Part shown: piece by piece, positions 1-8,534 of the stretch
Layout of the letters: each line of letters opens with the position of its first letter
Numbering within the stretch: position 1 is the stretch's first letter
The notes under the pieces: model-generated
Database searches by the model: none
What the model was told of the DNA's origin: nothing
Seen by the model: the letters and a program-made list of their open reading frames with translations, nothing else
Made by a program: the position numbers and the translations under genes
From: Syntrophaceae bacterium CG2_30_58_14
Lineage (GTDB): Bacteria; Desulfobacterota; Syntrophia; Syntrophales; UBA5619
Direction: 5' to 3'
Length of the DNA: 50,210 bases
Assembly: GCA_001873745.1 (NCBI GenBank)
Contig: MNZQ01000162.1
Location: forward strand, 1-50,210

Positions 1-1
1 C

Positions 2-568
2 GTAGGCGGGTGGGATGACACAGTAAGGATAGCTTGGTGGCAGGATCCTGGATACAGGACACTGCGGCAGATATTCAGCTTTGGTTATTCACTTTTCTAC
101 CCCGTATATTCATCGCTCTATGGATTCTGGGATGCGATTTACTCCACCCTTTGGGCGGACGGTTTTCTTGGCGCATACAATCGCCCCCCCTGGAACTACA
201 AATTCATGATGGCCGGGCTTTATCTTTCCCTTTTCCCGACTTTTGCCATACTGGGAGGATTTTTCGCGGCGATCGGGGCGAAAAGCGGCGCCCTTCGCCG
301 GACGCTCCTTTTTGCAGCGGGAAGCGTGGCATTATACATGGCGGCGATCTTCTATATGTTTATGACCGTGCCGATCCTGAGTTCCGCGAAGGCGACCTAT
401 ATGCTCGGAATAACCCCGTGCTTCGCGCTTCTGGCGGCCGCCGGGATTGAACGCTTCGCCAGTCGTAAATACATGCGGGCGGCGACAAACGGCCTGCTTG
501 CCTGCTGGGTAGTTTCTTCGTACCTGTCATATCTCGCTTCTGTTTATAGCTGGATGGACAGTGCGTAA
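2..568 (+). CDS. C-terminal part of a polytopic membrane protein whose 5' end lies upstream of the window; ArnT/PMT-like (GT-C) glycosyltransferase suspected
   Basis: The frame of the listed 206..568 ORF stays open back to base 2 (VGGWDDTVRIAWWQDPGYRTL...), so the listed ORF is only the tail. There are several hydrophobic helices (LYLSLFPTFAILGGFF, LLFAAGSVALYMAAIFYMF, ITPCFALLAAAGI). The family call rests on resemblance and context (GT2 and lnt downstream), not on a diagnostic motif. Confidence 0.5.
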   Translation, partial: VGGWDDTVRIAWWQDPGYRTLRQIFSFGYSLFYPVYSSLYGFWDAIYSTLWADGFLGAYNRPPWNYKFMMAGLYLSLFPTFAILGGFFAAIGAKSGALRRTLLFAAGSVALYMAAIFYMFMTVPILSSAKATYMLGITPCFALLAAAGIERFASRKYMRAATNGLLACWVVSSYLSYLASVYSWMDSA

Positions 569-729
569 CTGGATTCAATTGGAATGTTTGCACCGATAAA
601 ATCAAACGCCGGATATGGGATATTTCAAGCGCAGATTGCCAGCAAGAATGGAGTGCCGGATTATTCTACATTTATCAAGCATCCTTTGGTTTGGCTAATC
701 CGCAGTTGGCCCAGGACAACTGGCGATCG

Positions 730-1014
730 ATGTCGGCAGGTAATTACTGGTTCCGGTTTTCATGGGATCGCATAATCGGAATATGTTTGATCGGTGGAAT
801 TCCATGGATAGCACTCTTGATCGCAACGCTAACGTGGGGTCGCTCAGACTTAACTCCTGGCATTTGGTGGGCAAGCCTTTTCTTATTATTATACCTCATG
901 CCGTACGGGTACGTTCTGATCTCACGTTACATGCGGTATCAAATATCTTTATTGGGAATGCAAGCGATACTATTGACAGCGGGTACCATTGCCTTATTGA
1001 GAACTGTAAGATAA
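730..1014 (+). CDS. Small hypothetical membrane protein (about 94 aa, 3 predicted TM helices)
   Basis: ORF 691..1014; the first in-frame ATG is at 730 (MSAGNYWFRFSWDRIIGICLIGGIPWIALLIATL...). It is hydrophobic and lies in a visibly AT-richer stretch. No recognisable family. Confidence 0.4.
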   Translation: MSAGNYWFRFSWDRIIGICLIGGIPWIALLIATLTWGRSDLTPGIWWASLFLLLYLMPYGYVLISRYMRYQISLLGMQAILLTAGTIALLRTVR

Positions 1015-1225
1015 AACCAATTCAGTCCTGACGCATCATGAAGGTTGAGACCGGCTATAGATCCCAATGCCGTTTTCATCAGGGTGCAATGCACTTCGTG
1101 ATTGCCTCATATATGATTGTCCCATACATGGATGTGGTTGGGGAATTTCTTGGGCCTGGTCAATGGTAAGGAAGTACGCGGGGGAAAGGCTTGATTTAAA
1201 AACGCATTAGGGATATCGGATAGCA

Positions 1226-1978
1226 ATGTTCAGAGATAAAAGAGTCATCGTCGTCATGCCAGCCTACAATGCGGCGAAGACGCTTCAGAAGACCTACGAC
1301 GAGGTCATGGAACAGGGGATCGTCGATCTGGTGATCCTCGTGGATGACGCGAGCCGGGATGATACGTCGGCAATCGCCTCCAGCCTCCCCCATACCCAAG
1401 TGTTTGTCCATGAACGGAACAAGGGTTACGGCGGCAATCAGAAGACTTGCTACCGGATGGCCCTGGAGGCGGGGGCGGACATCGTGATCATGGTCCATCC
1501 CGATTATCAGTACACGCCCAAGCTGATTCCGGCGATGGCCGCGATGATCGGAAACGACCTCTATCCCTGCGTTCTCGGATCGCGGATCCTGGGGGGATAC
1601 GCGCTGAAGGGGGGTATGCCGGTCTGGAAGTACATCGCCAACCGGTTTCTCACACTGGCCGAAAACATCCTTCTGGGTGCGAAGCTTTCCGAGTACCATA
1701 CCGGATACCGCGCCTTCTCCCGGGAACTGCTACAAAGCCTTTCCATGGACGGCAATTCGGACGACTACCTCTTCGACAACCAGATGCTCGCGCAGATCAT
1801 CTGGCAGGGCTACACAATCGCCGAGGTGAGCTGCCCCACGAAATACTTCACGGAGGCCTCCTCGATCAACCTCCGGCGCAGCATCCGCTACGGCCTGGGT
1901 TGTCTCTGGACGGCGCTGAACTTCCGTTTGACCAGAATGGGGATCATCCATTCCAGACTGTTTCCGGTGAACCCGTGA
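1226..1978 (+). CDS. Family 2 glycosyltransferase, polyprenyl-phosphate sugar synthase (DPM1/ArnC)-like
   Basis: VIVVMPAYNAAKTLQKT..., VILVDDASRDDT (DxD-type), HERNKGYGGNQKTCY and YHTGYRAFSRELL are typical GT-A/GT2 signatures. Length is 250 aa. Confidence 0.88.
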   Translation: MFRDKRVIVVMPAYNAAKTLQKTYDEVMEQGIVDLVILVDDASRDDTSAIASSLPHTQVFVHERNKGYGGNQKTCYRMALEAGADIVIMVHPDYQYTPKLIPAMAAMIGNDLYPCVLGSRILGGYALKGGMPVWKYIANRFLTLAENILLGAKLSEYHTGYRAFSRELLQSLSMDGNSDDYLFDNQMLAQIIWQGYTIAEVSCPTKYFTEASSINLRRSIRYGLGCLWTALNFRLTRMGIIHSRLFPVNP

Positions 1979-2745
1979 CTCCGTCAAGCAGCAACCGATT
2001 TGAAGATTTCTTTGCGGATGACGCTTATGTCTCCCTGAAAAATCATCTCTACAATTATCGCTTGAGAAGGCGTGCAATCCGAAAATGCATGCAATTTCAG
2101 AAGAGGGATCTAATCCTGGAGGTCGGAAGCGGTCTCTCTCCGATGGTGGATGATTCGGAGCGGATCGTCTATTCCGAGCTCTCTTTTCCGGCCCTCCGGA
2201 CGCTGAAAAGAAGGCAGGGACGGGGTTATTTCGTGGTGGCTGACGCCACGCATCTCCCCTTCAAGGCCGGTTCCTTTTCTCAGGTGATCTGTTCGGAGGT
2301 CCTGGAACACCTGCCGGAGGATCGGCCTGCACTGCGCGAGATCGCGTCGGTCACGAAAATGGGAGGCTCGCTGATCCTGACTTTTCCCCACCGCCGCTCT
2401 TATTTTGCCTGTGACGACCGTTTCGTGAACCATTTCCGCCGCTACGAACTGGACGAGATGGAAGCGAATCTGAAGGAAGCCGGACTGAACGCGTTAGAGA
2501 TTCAGAAGGTTCTGGGCCCACTTGAGAAGATCACCATGATGTCGGTCATCTCACTGATCGCGTTGTTCGGACGCTTCTGGAAGGGCAAACGGGACTGTGG
2601 GCAAGGGGTGTCATCATCGGTATTCGTCGTCACCGTCTTTCGATGGCTGAATCGTCTCTATTGCGTGCCGATCTGGCTGGACGCCCGTCTGTCGCCGCGA
2701 TCCATCTCCTCGGTTCTTCTCATCCGGGCGGTCAGGCGGAACTGA
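1975..2745 (+). CDS. Class I SAM-dependent methyltransferase (Methyltransf_11-like) with hydrophobic C-terminal tail
   Basis: LILEVGSGLSPM (motif I), VVADATHLPFKAGSFSQVICSEVLEHL and MGGSLILTFP. The listed ORF 1447..2745 overlaps the GT2 gene out of frame. In-frame GTG at 1975 overlaps the GT2 stop (GTGA) and keeps the conserved N-terminal YNYRLRRRA segment. Confidence 0.8.
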   Translation: MTPSSSNRFEDFFADDAYVSLKNHLYNYRLRRRAIRKCMQFQKRDLILEVGSGLSPMVDDSERIVYSELSFPALRTLKRRQGRGYFVVADATHLPFKAGSFSQVICSEVLEHLPEDRPALREIASVTKMGGSLILTFPHRRSYFACDDRFVNHFRRYELDEMEANLKEAGLNALEIQKVLGPLEKITMMSVISLIALFGRFWKGKRDCGQGVSSSVFVVTVFRWLNRLYCVPIWLDARLSPRSISSVLLIRAVRRN

Positions 2746-2889
2746 TAGGGCGCGGTTCGGAGGAATCATCAAACCATGTACGATCCACGACTGATCCACG
2801 AAATTGAGCATCGGGAGGGGAAGAACTCAACAAGGCCAAATTCTCTCATGCCTGCGGATTCAATCCTCAGCCTGCCCGGATATTCTGTC

Positions 2890-2918
2890 TTGATTCTTTT
2901 CATGGTTCCCCCTATAAT
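2890..2918 (+). promoter_or_regulatory. Candidate sigma-70 promoter upstream of lnt (TTGATT-17 nt-TATAAT)
   Basis: TTGATT at 2890-2895, a 17-nt spacer, and consensus TATAAT at 2913-2918, about 97 nt upstream of the lnt ATG. Motif match only. Confidence 0.35.
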
Positions 2919-2941
2919 CGCGCTCCATGATGGAAATCGCC

Positions 2942-2982
2942 GAAGGGGGTTGACCACATGGTTACCCCCCTTCTTGTTGTTA
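2942..2982 (+). terminator. Terminator/attenuator-like hairpin in the lnt leader
   Basis: GAAGGGGGT (2942-2950) pairs with ACCCCCCTTC (2964-2973, one bulged C). It is followed by the T-rich TTGTTGTTA, and lies between the candidate promoter and the lnt ATG at 3015. Confidence 0.3.
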
Positions 2983-3014
2983 TGGAAAAGCAATCCGTGA
3001 AACCCGTGTAGAGA

Positions 3015-4583
3015 ATGATCGAAACACTTGAACAATTGATAACGCATTTGAAAGCATCTTCAAATCGGACCGCGGCCCTCTTGTCCGGCCTTCTTCTGTT
3101 TCTTAGCTTTCCGAAATTTGGAAGCGGGGTTCTGGCCTGGATTGCGCTGATTCCCCTTTTTTATGCGCTGCGGGATGCAGAGCCCTGGGAGGGGTTTAAA
3201 ACCGGTTTTCTTGCGGGCCTGGTTGCAAACATCGGAATCCTCTACTGGATTTCCTATGTCGTCGCACAATATGGCTATCTTCCCGTTTACATGGGGATCA
3301 TGGCCATGCTGTTGGTTGCCGCATACCTGAGCCTCTATACGGCCTGTTTTGCGATGGGCGTCGTCTTTCTCCAAAGAAGAGGAGGCGCCCTCCTTCTCTC
3401 GGCCCCGTTGTTGTGGACCATCCTTGAATTTGCCCGTTCTCATCTCTTCACGGGCTTTCCCTGGGAAAATCTGGCCTATTCCCAATACCTTTACGAAAAC
3501 ATCATCCAGATCGCCGATATAACGGGTATCTATGGAATATCATTTGTGATCGTTATGGTGAACGCGGTTCTTTACAATCTGCTGACGCTCCGATTCCGGG
3601 AAAGGCATCTGCGAAGGGAAATCGCGATCGCGTTTGCCGTAATCGCGGCCATCTATGGCTATGGTCATTTTCGCGCGGCGGAAATTCGGGAATCTGTTCA
3701 GAAGAAAAGTTCCATCGAAGTGGCGCTCGTTCAGGGGAATATCGATCAGAACATGAAATGGAACGACCGCTATCAGTTGCAAACGCTGAATATCTATCGT
3801 TCCCTGTCCCTTCGTTCCCTCCCGGCGGAAGGGGGACTGATCGTCTGGCCGGAAACGGCGGCGCCTTTCTACTTTGAGGGTTCCAATCCGCTGCGGGCGC
3901 TCGTCGTCGATGTCGCCCAAGCGTCCGGTCAACGGCTTCTCTTCGGCAGTCCGAGTTATGATGAGGCTGGCGGAAAGGTCTCCTATATGAACAGCGCCTA
4001 CATGCTCCGACCGGACGGCACGGTTGCGGGTCGATATGACAAGGTGCATCTGGTGCCTTACGGTGAATATGTGCCGCTGAGAAAATTCTTTCCATTCATC
4101 GGCAAGTTTGTCGCCGGCGTAGGCGACTTCCGGCCGGGAACGGGATTCAATCCGATCGAAAGCGACGGACGCCGTATCGGCGTCCTGATCTGCTATGAAG
4201 CCATCTTTCCGGAATCGGCAAGGGATTACAAACGGAAGAACGCCGACCTGCTCGTGAACATCACCAACGATGCCTGGTTCGGGAAATCATCGGCGCCTTT
4301 TCAGCATCTCTCCATGACAGTTTTCCGGGCGGTCGAAAACCGGCTCTACCTCGTCCGGGCGGCCAATACCGGGATCAGCGCCATCATCGATCCGACGGGG
4401 AAAATCCTCTCCCAAACGGGCCTCTTTGAAAGAACCGTTCTGAAGGGTGAGGTGAAATACATTGACGAAAAGACCTTTTATGCGGCATATGGCGACGTGT
4501 TTGTTTACCTGTGCGGAATCGTGTTGATCCCGTACTATTTTATTCTACAAAGGAGAAGGAAAAATGCTGGAAGGAATTCATGA
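3015..4583 (+). CDS. lnt: Apolipoprotein N-acyltransferase
   Basis: 522 aa. N-terminal multi-TM region followed by a CN-hydrolase domain (VALVQGNIDQNMKW, IVWPETA, VLICYEAIFPE, NITNDAWFG). Confidence 0.9.
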   Translation: MIETLEQLITHLKASSNRTAALLSGLLLFLSFPKFGSGVLAWIALIPLFYALRDAEPWEGFKTGFLAGLVANIGILYWISYVVAQYGYLPVYMGIMAMLLVAAYLSLYTACFAMGVVFLQRRGGALLLSAPLLWTILEFARSHLFTGFPWENLAYSQYLYENIIQIADITGIYGISFVIVMVNAVLYNLLTLRFRERHLRREIAIAFAVIAAIYGYGHFRAAEIRESVQKKSSIEVALVQGNIDQNMKWNDRYQLQTLNIYRSLSLRSLPAEGGLIVWPETAAPFYFEGSNPLRALVVDVAQASGQRLLFGSPSYDEAGGKVSYMNSAYMLRPDGTVAGRYDKVHLVPYGEYVPLRKFFPFIGKFVAGVGDFRPGTGFNPIESDGRRIGVLICYEAIFPESARDYKRKNADLLVNITNDAWFGKSSAPFQHLSMTVFRAVENRLYLVRAANTGISAIIDPTGKILSQTGLFERTVLKGEVKYIDEKTFYAAYGDVFVYLCGIVLIPYYFILQRRRKNAGRNS

Positions 4584-5653
4584 GACCCTGATCGATCTGG
4601 CCCGGAGAGTCGAACATTTCGGGGTTTGTCTTTGACATCCCTGAAAAAGAGCTGCGCATCCGAGAGCTGGACAAGGAATCCCTGCGCGACGGTTTCTGGG
4701 ATGAACCGGAAAAGGCGAGCGGGATCCTCCGGGAAAAAAGCCAGTTGACGGCTGCGGTCGAGAAATGGAAACAGCAGCAAAACAGCCTCGAAGATCTGCG
4801 GATTCTTTCCGAAATCGCCTCCGAGGAACAGGATGATCAGACCCAGGAAGAGATCCGCTCCGAGTTGGAAAGGCTCAATGCCGCCCTTCGGGCCGATGAA
4901 GTAAAGATGATGCTTGGCGCCGAACAGGATCCGATGAACGCGATCCTGTCGATTCATGCGGGCGCGGGGGGAACGGAGGCGCAGGACTGGGCGGAGATGC
5001 TGCTGCGGATGTACCTGCGCTGGGCGGAGAGAAAAGGTCTCGAGGCCGCCATCATCGATTATCTGCCGGGTGACGAGGCCGGCATCAAGAGCGTGACCTG
5101 GACCCTCCGGGGTGAATACGCCTACGGCTATGCCAAGGCGGAAATCGGAATTCACCGGCTGGTGAGGATATCCCCTTTTGATGCCAGCGCGCGCCGTCAC
5201 ACCTCATTTGCCTCCGTCTTTGTCTATCCCGAGGTTGACGACCGGATTGTGATTGAAATCGATGAAAAGGATCTGCGCATCGACACCTACCGCTCCACCG
5301 GCGCCGGCGGTCAGCACGTGAACAAGACCGATTCCGCGGTGAGGCTCACCCATCTGCCGACGGGAATTGTGGTCCAGTGCCAGAACGAGCGTTCGCAGCA
5401 CAAGAACAAGGCGATGGCCATGAAATACCTCCGTTCCCGTCTCTATGAGATGAAACTCCGGGAGAAGAATGCAAGGCTCGATGAGATCAACAAAACCAAA
5501 AAAGATATTGCCTGGGGCAGCCAGATCCGCTCCTATGTGCTGCATCCGTATAGAATGGTTAAGGATCATCGGACGAACCTCGAAACCGGCAACGTCAACC
5601 GGGTTTTGGACGGCGATATCGACGATTTCATCGAGGCCTATCTGCTGCATTAA
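4564..5653 (+). CDS. prfB: Peptide chain release factor 2, expressed through programmed +1 frameshift: join(4564..4632,4634..5653)
   Basis: ATG 4564 gives MLEGIHETLIDLARRVEHFGVCL and then in-frame TGA (4633-4635) within CTT TGA C. The +1 frame continues DIPEKELRIRELDKESLRDGFWDEPEKA... into the listed ORF 4745..5653. SPF (RISPFDA) and GGQ (GAGGQHVNKT) motifs are present. Confidence 0.93.
4618..4636 (+). promoter_or_regulatory. prfB: prfB autoregulatory +1 frameshift site (G-rich SD-like element, then CTT TGA C)
   Basis: TTCGGGGTTTGTCTTTGAC. GGGG at 4621-4624, slippery CTT at 4630-4632, and TGA at 4633-4635 followed by C. The architecture matches the known bacterial RF2 site. Confidence 0.85.
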
Positions 5654-5847
5654 TATTTTGGGGAAGGGCAAAAGTATGGTATAGGACTGCGCGCCTTCTG
5701 GGTAACTTCAAAGGAATTTCTCAATGATCAAGCGCCTGTTAGGGCTTGGGTCGCTATAAAATGGGTTAGAGACCGTGCGCTGGACGGGCACGGGGCGACG
5801 GCATAGCCATCATGGGCGAATGGAAACAGGCCAGCAAGGAGTCAACG

Positions 5848-7953
5848 ATGTTCCGAAATGAGATTTCGACGATCCCGATTGTTCTGATAATCCTTTGTCT
5901 TAGCGGTTTGACCATTTCATCATGTTCGGTATCCAATCCGGAAGTGATAAAACAACGAACCGACCTGTCCGTCCAGGAGATAGCTCGTGCGGAGGAGCCT
6001 TCTTTGCCGCAGCATCCCGTGGCGATCGGACCTCTCTCAAATCAAAAGACCGATTCCCAGGCGAAGGATGCGGTCGAACAGCCTCGGCATCCGGCGAATC
6101 TCTCCCCGGCGCCGAATTCCCCCGATATTCCGAGAAAAAGTGCTGGGATCGCAAAATCCGCCGGAGCGGTCGATGCTCCTTCGCCGATCATATCTTCGGA
6201 GTTGTCCACGAAGAGCGAGGCGGTAAAAACCCATCCTGTTCAGATTCAGAATCCCTTAAAATTGAATCCTCGGGAAGCGCGCAGTACGCGTGAGGAGGAG
6301 TCGGAACGGGATATCATGGAGGAAGCCCTTCTGCTGTTGGATGAATCCCAGAAATACTGGGTGAACGGCGAACTGGAAGATGCCCTTGAAATGCTGGATC
6401 AGGCGTATGCGCTCCTGCTGGACACGAACGGCAATCCCGATATCGTGCGGCAGAAGGATGATCTCCGTCTGATGATTTCGAAGCGAATTTTGGCCATCTA
6501 CAACTCACACCAATCCGTTGCCAAGGGCAAGCGCGGTGAAATTCCGCTCGTTACCAATCCGGACATCGAAAAGGAGATCCGTCAATTTCAGACGGTGGAA
6601 CGCGATTTCTTCGTCGCATCCTACCAGCGGTCAAGGATCTATCGACCGCTGATTTTACGGGAGCTCAAGAAGGCAGGTCTGCCGGAGGAGCTTTCCTGGC
6701 TGCCGCTCGTGGAAAGCGGCTACAAGATCAGTGCACTGTCGTCCGCGCGGGCACTTGGTTTATGGCAGTTCATCCCATCGACAGGCTATAAATACGGACT
6801 GAACCGGGATCAATGGGTAGACGAACGGATGGATGTCGAAAAATCGACACGTGCAGCCATCGATTATTTCAAGGATCTGCACGCGATGTTTGGCGACTGG
6901 CTGACAGTCCTTGCCGGATACAATTGCGGTGAGGGGCGCATCATCCGTACGATCGCCTCTCAGCACATCAATTATCTGGATCGCTTTTGGGACCTTTATC
7001 AGCGCCTTCCCAACGAAACAGCACGCTATGTCCCCCGTTTTGTGGCCACATTGCTCATTGTCAAGGATCCGCAGAAATACGGTATCGATCTCGGATCGGG
7101 AGACCCCATAACCGACATTTTGTCTTATGAAGTGGCCGAGATCAATCGATCCATGCGCTTGCAGGATATCGCCCGGAAACTCGAAACGCCGGAGGAGACC
7201 CTCAATATTCTGAACGCCGAACTCCGGCATCGAATGACGCCGGACCGACTCTATAAGCTGAAGGTTCCAATCGAAAAGGCGGAGTTGCTCCTCAAGACGG
7301 TCTCTGAAATTCCACTGGGTGCAAAACCGCGCACCTCTTTCCAGACGGTCCGCGGGGTGTTCATCAGACACAAGGTGCGACGGGGTGATACTCTCTCCGC
7401 CATCGCCGAGAAATATAAGACTTCCATCGCGGCGATCCGTTCCGCGAACCGGTTGACGAAGACACGTTTGGCAGTGGGTCAGCGGTTGAATATCCCGGTC
7501 CACAGCACAAGGGCAGCAGAGTCTGCCGAGAAGGGAAATAAGTCCGGCAAAGCCAGGAGTCATCGGGTTCAAAAAGGGGATACCCTCTCTTCACTTTCCG
7601 TGAAATATGGCACTCCCGTTACGGAGATCCGCAAGATCAACGGCTTAAAAAATAATATGCTGAAAATCGGCCAGACGCTTCAGATTTCAACAGCAAACGA
7701 GGAAGAGACCCAAACCGGGAAGCGGAAAGAAGCTGAGAGCCCTACGAAAAAAGAGAAAACCGATACCGGGAGAAAACCGGTCACCGGGAAGGTTTCCGAA
7801 TCGACAGCACCGAAGCAGTACACGGTCAAACGGGGCGACAGTCTGAACCGGATCGCCCGGGAAAACAAGATCTCCCTCGACAAACTGCTCAGGCTGAATC
7901 GGATGCGGCGAACAGAAGTCATCCATCCGGGGCAACGGATCCTGGTTCAATAA
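5848..7953 (+). CDS. mltD: Lipoprotein lytic murein transglycosylase with three C-terminal LysM repeats (MltD-like)
   Basis: SLT catalytic region LPLVESGYKISALSSARALGLWQFIPSTG. Three LysM repeats (HKVRRGDTLSAIAEKY..., HRVQKGDTLSSLSVKY..., YTVKRGDSLNRIAREN...). ATG 5848 is preferred over 5812 because AAGGAG lies 6 nt upstream, and it gives a signal peptide ending in the lipobox-like ISSC. Confidence 0.85.
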   Translation: MFRNEISTIPIVLIILCLSGLTISSCSVSNPEVIKQRTDLSVQEIARAEEPSLPQHPVAIGPLSNQKTDSQAKDAVEQPRHPANLSPAPNSPDIPRKSAGIAKSAGAVDAPSPIISSELSTKSEAVKTHPVQIQNPLKLNPREARSTREEESERDIMEEALLLLDESQKYWVNGELEDALEMLDQAYALLLDTNGNPDIVRQKDDLRLMISKRILAIYNSHQSVAKGKRGEIPLVTNPDIEKEIRQFQTVERDFFVASYQRSRIYRPLILRELKKAGLPEELSWLPLVESGYKISALSSARALGLWQFIPSTGYKYGLNRDQWVDERMDVEKSTRAAIDYFKDLHAMFGDWLTVLAGYNCGEGRIIRTIASQHINYLDRFWDLYQRLPNETARYVPRFVATLLIVKDPQKYGIDLGSGDPITDILSYEVAEINRSMRLQDIARKLETPEETLNILNAELRHRMTPDRLYKLKVPIEKAELLLKTVSEIPLGAKPRTSFQTVRGVFIRHKVRRGDTLSAIAEKYKTSIAAIRSANRLTKTRLAVGQRLNIPVHSTRAAESAEKGNKSGKARSHRVQKGDTLSSLSVKYGTPVTEIRKINGLKNNMLKIGQTLQISTANEEETQTGKRKEAESPTKKEKTDTGRKPVTGKVSESTAPKQYTVKRGDSLNRIARENKISLDKLLRLNRMRRTEVIHPGQRILVQ

Positions 7954-7965
7954 GGCCGGTCATGA

Positions 7966-8418
7966 TCAATCGAGGTGGTAATGCCTCCGGCTGAAAAAGA
8001 GTTCCCGTTCCAGCTTTTTCATCTTTTCCGCTTCTCTGCTGTCCACGTTTTCATGTTTGTATCCTAAAAGATGGAGAAGACCGTGGATGAGCAGAAATTC
8101 AATCTCCTCCATAAAATCAATGTCGCCGGCCGTCGCATCCCGGGCGGCCGTTTCGACGGAAAGGATGATATCCCCCAGGATCTCCGGATGGACGTCGCCG
8201 AACGCGCCTTCCGTCATCGCAAAAGAGATCACGTTGGTCGGACGATCCCTGTGAAGATAACTCTTGTTGATCTCCCGGATCTGAGCGTCATCGACGAGAA
8301 GAAGGCTGACTTCGCTATCCTTGAAGCCGAGCTCCTTCAGAAGCCGCTTCAGGCTTCGTCGCACCCTGCCGACATCCACGGTAAGCCGTTTCTGCCGATT
8401 TTGGATTGAAATGGTCAT
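7966..8418 (-). CDS. ybeY: rRNA maturation endoribonuclease YbeY
   Basis: 150 aa with the metal-binding HGLLHLLGYKH motif, located downstream of a phoH-like gene as in many bacteria. Confidence 0.9.
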   Translation of the reverse strand: MTISIQNRQKRLTVDVGRVRRSLKRLLKELGFKDSEVSLLLVDDAQIREINKSYLHRDRPTNVISFAMTEGAFGDVHPEILGDIILSVETAARDATAGDIDFMEEIEFLLIHGLLHLLGYKHENVDSREAEKMKKLERELFFSRRHYHLD

Positions 8419-8456
8419 CTTCTTCTGATCTCAGCTCCTTCTATGCTATCCCTTAT

Positions 8457-8534
8457 GAAACATAGTGCCGAGGACTGAGTGCTGAGTAAAAGCAAGTGCT
8501 GATTCTCCGTACTCAGTCCTCAGCACTATGTTTT
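8457..8534 (-). repeat. Long inverted repeat (20-bp arms, 30-nt loop) between phoH stop and ybeY start
   Basis: CATAGTGCCGAGGACTGAGT (8461-8480) versus ACTCAGTCCTCAGCACTATG (8511-8530), 19/20 complementary. The single C/A mismatch on the plus strand becomes a G-U pair in the minus-strand (sense) RNA. Flanking GAAA/TTTT extends the helix. Confidence 0.6.

Noticed and set aside
1447-1974. Upstream part of the listed 432-aa ORF (1447..2745)
   Set aside because: It is out of frame with and fully inside the well-supported GT2 gene, and its translation is Gly/Arg/Pro-rich. Methyltransferase similarity starts only after the GTG at 1975.
2776-3000. 74-codon ORF in the methyltransferase-lnt spacer
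   Set aside because: It has no RBS, no recognisable features, and it spans the candidate promoter and hairpin. The region is better explained as a regulatory leader.
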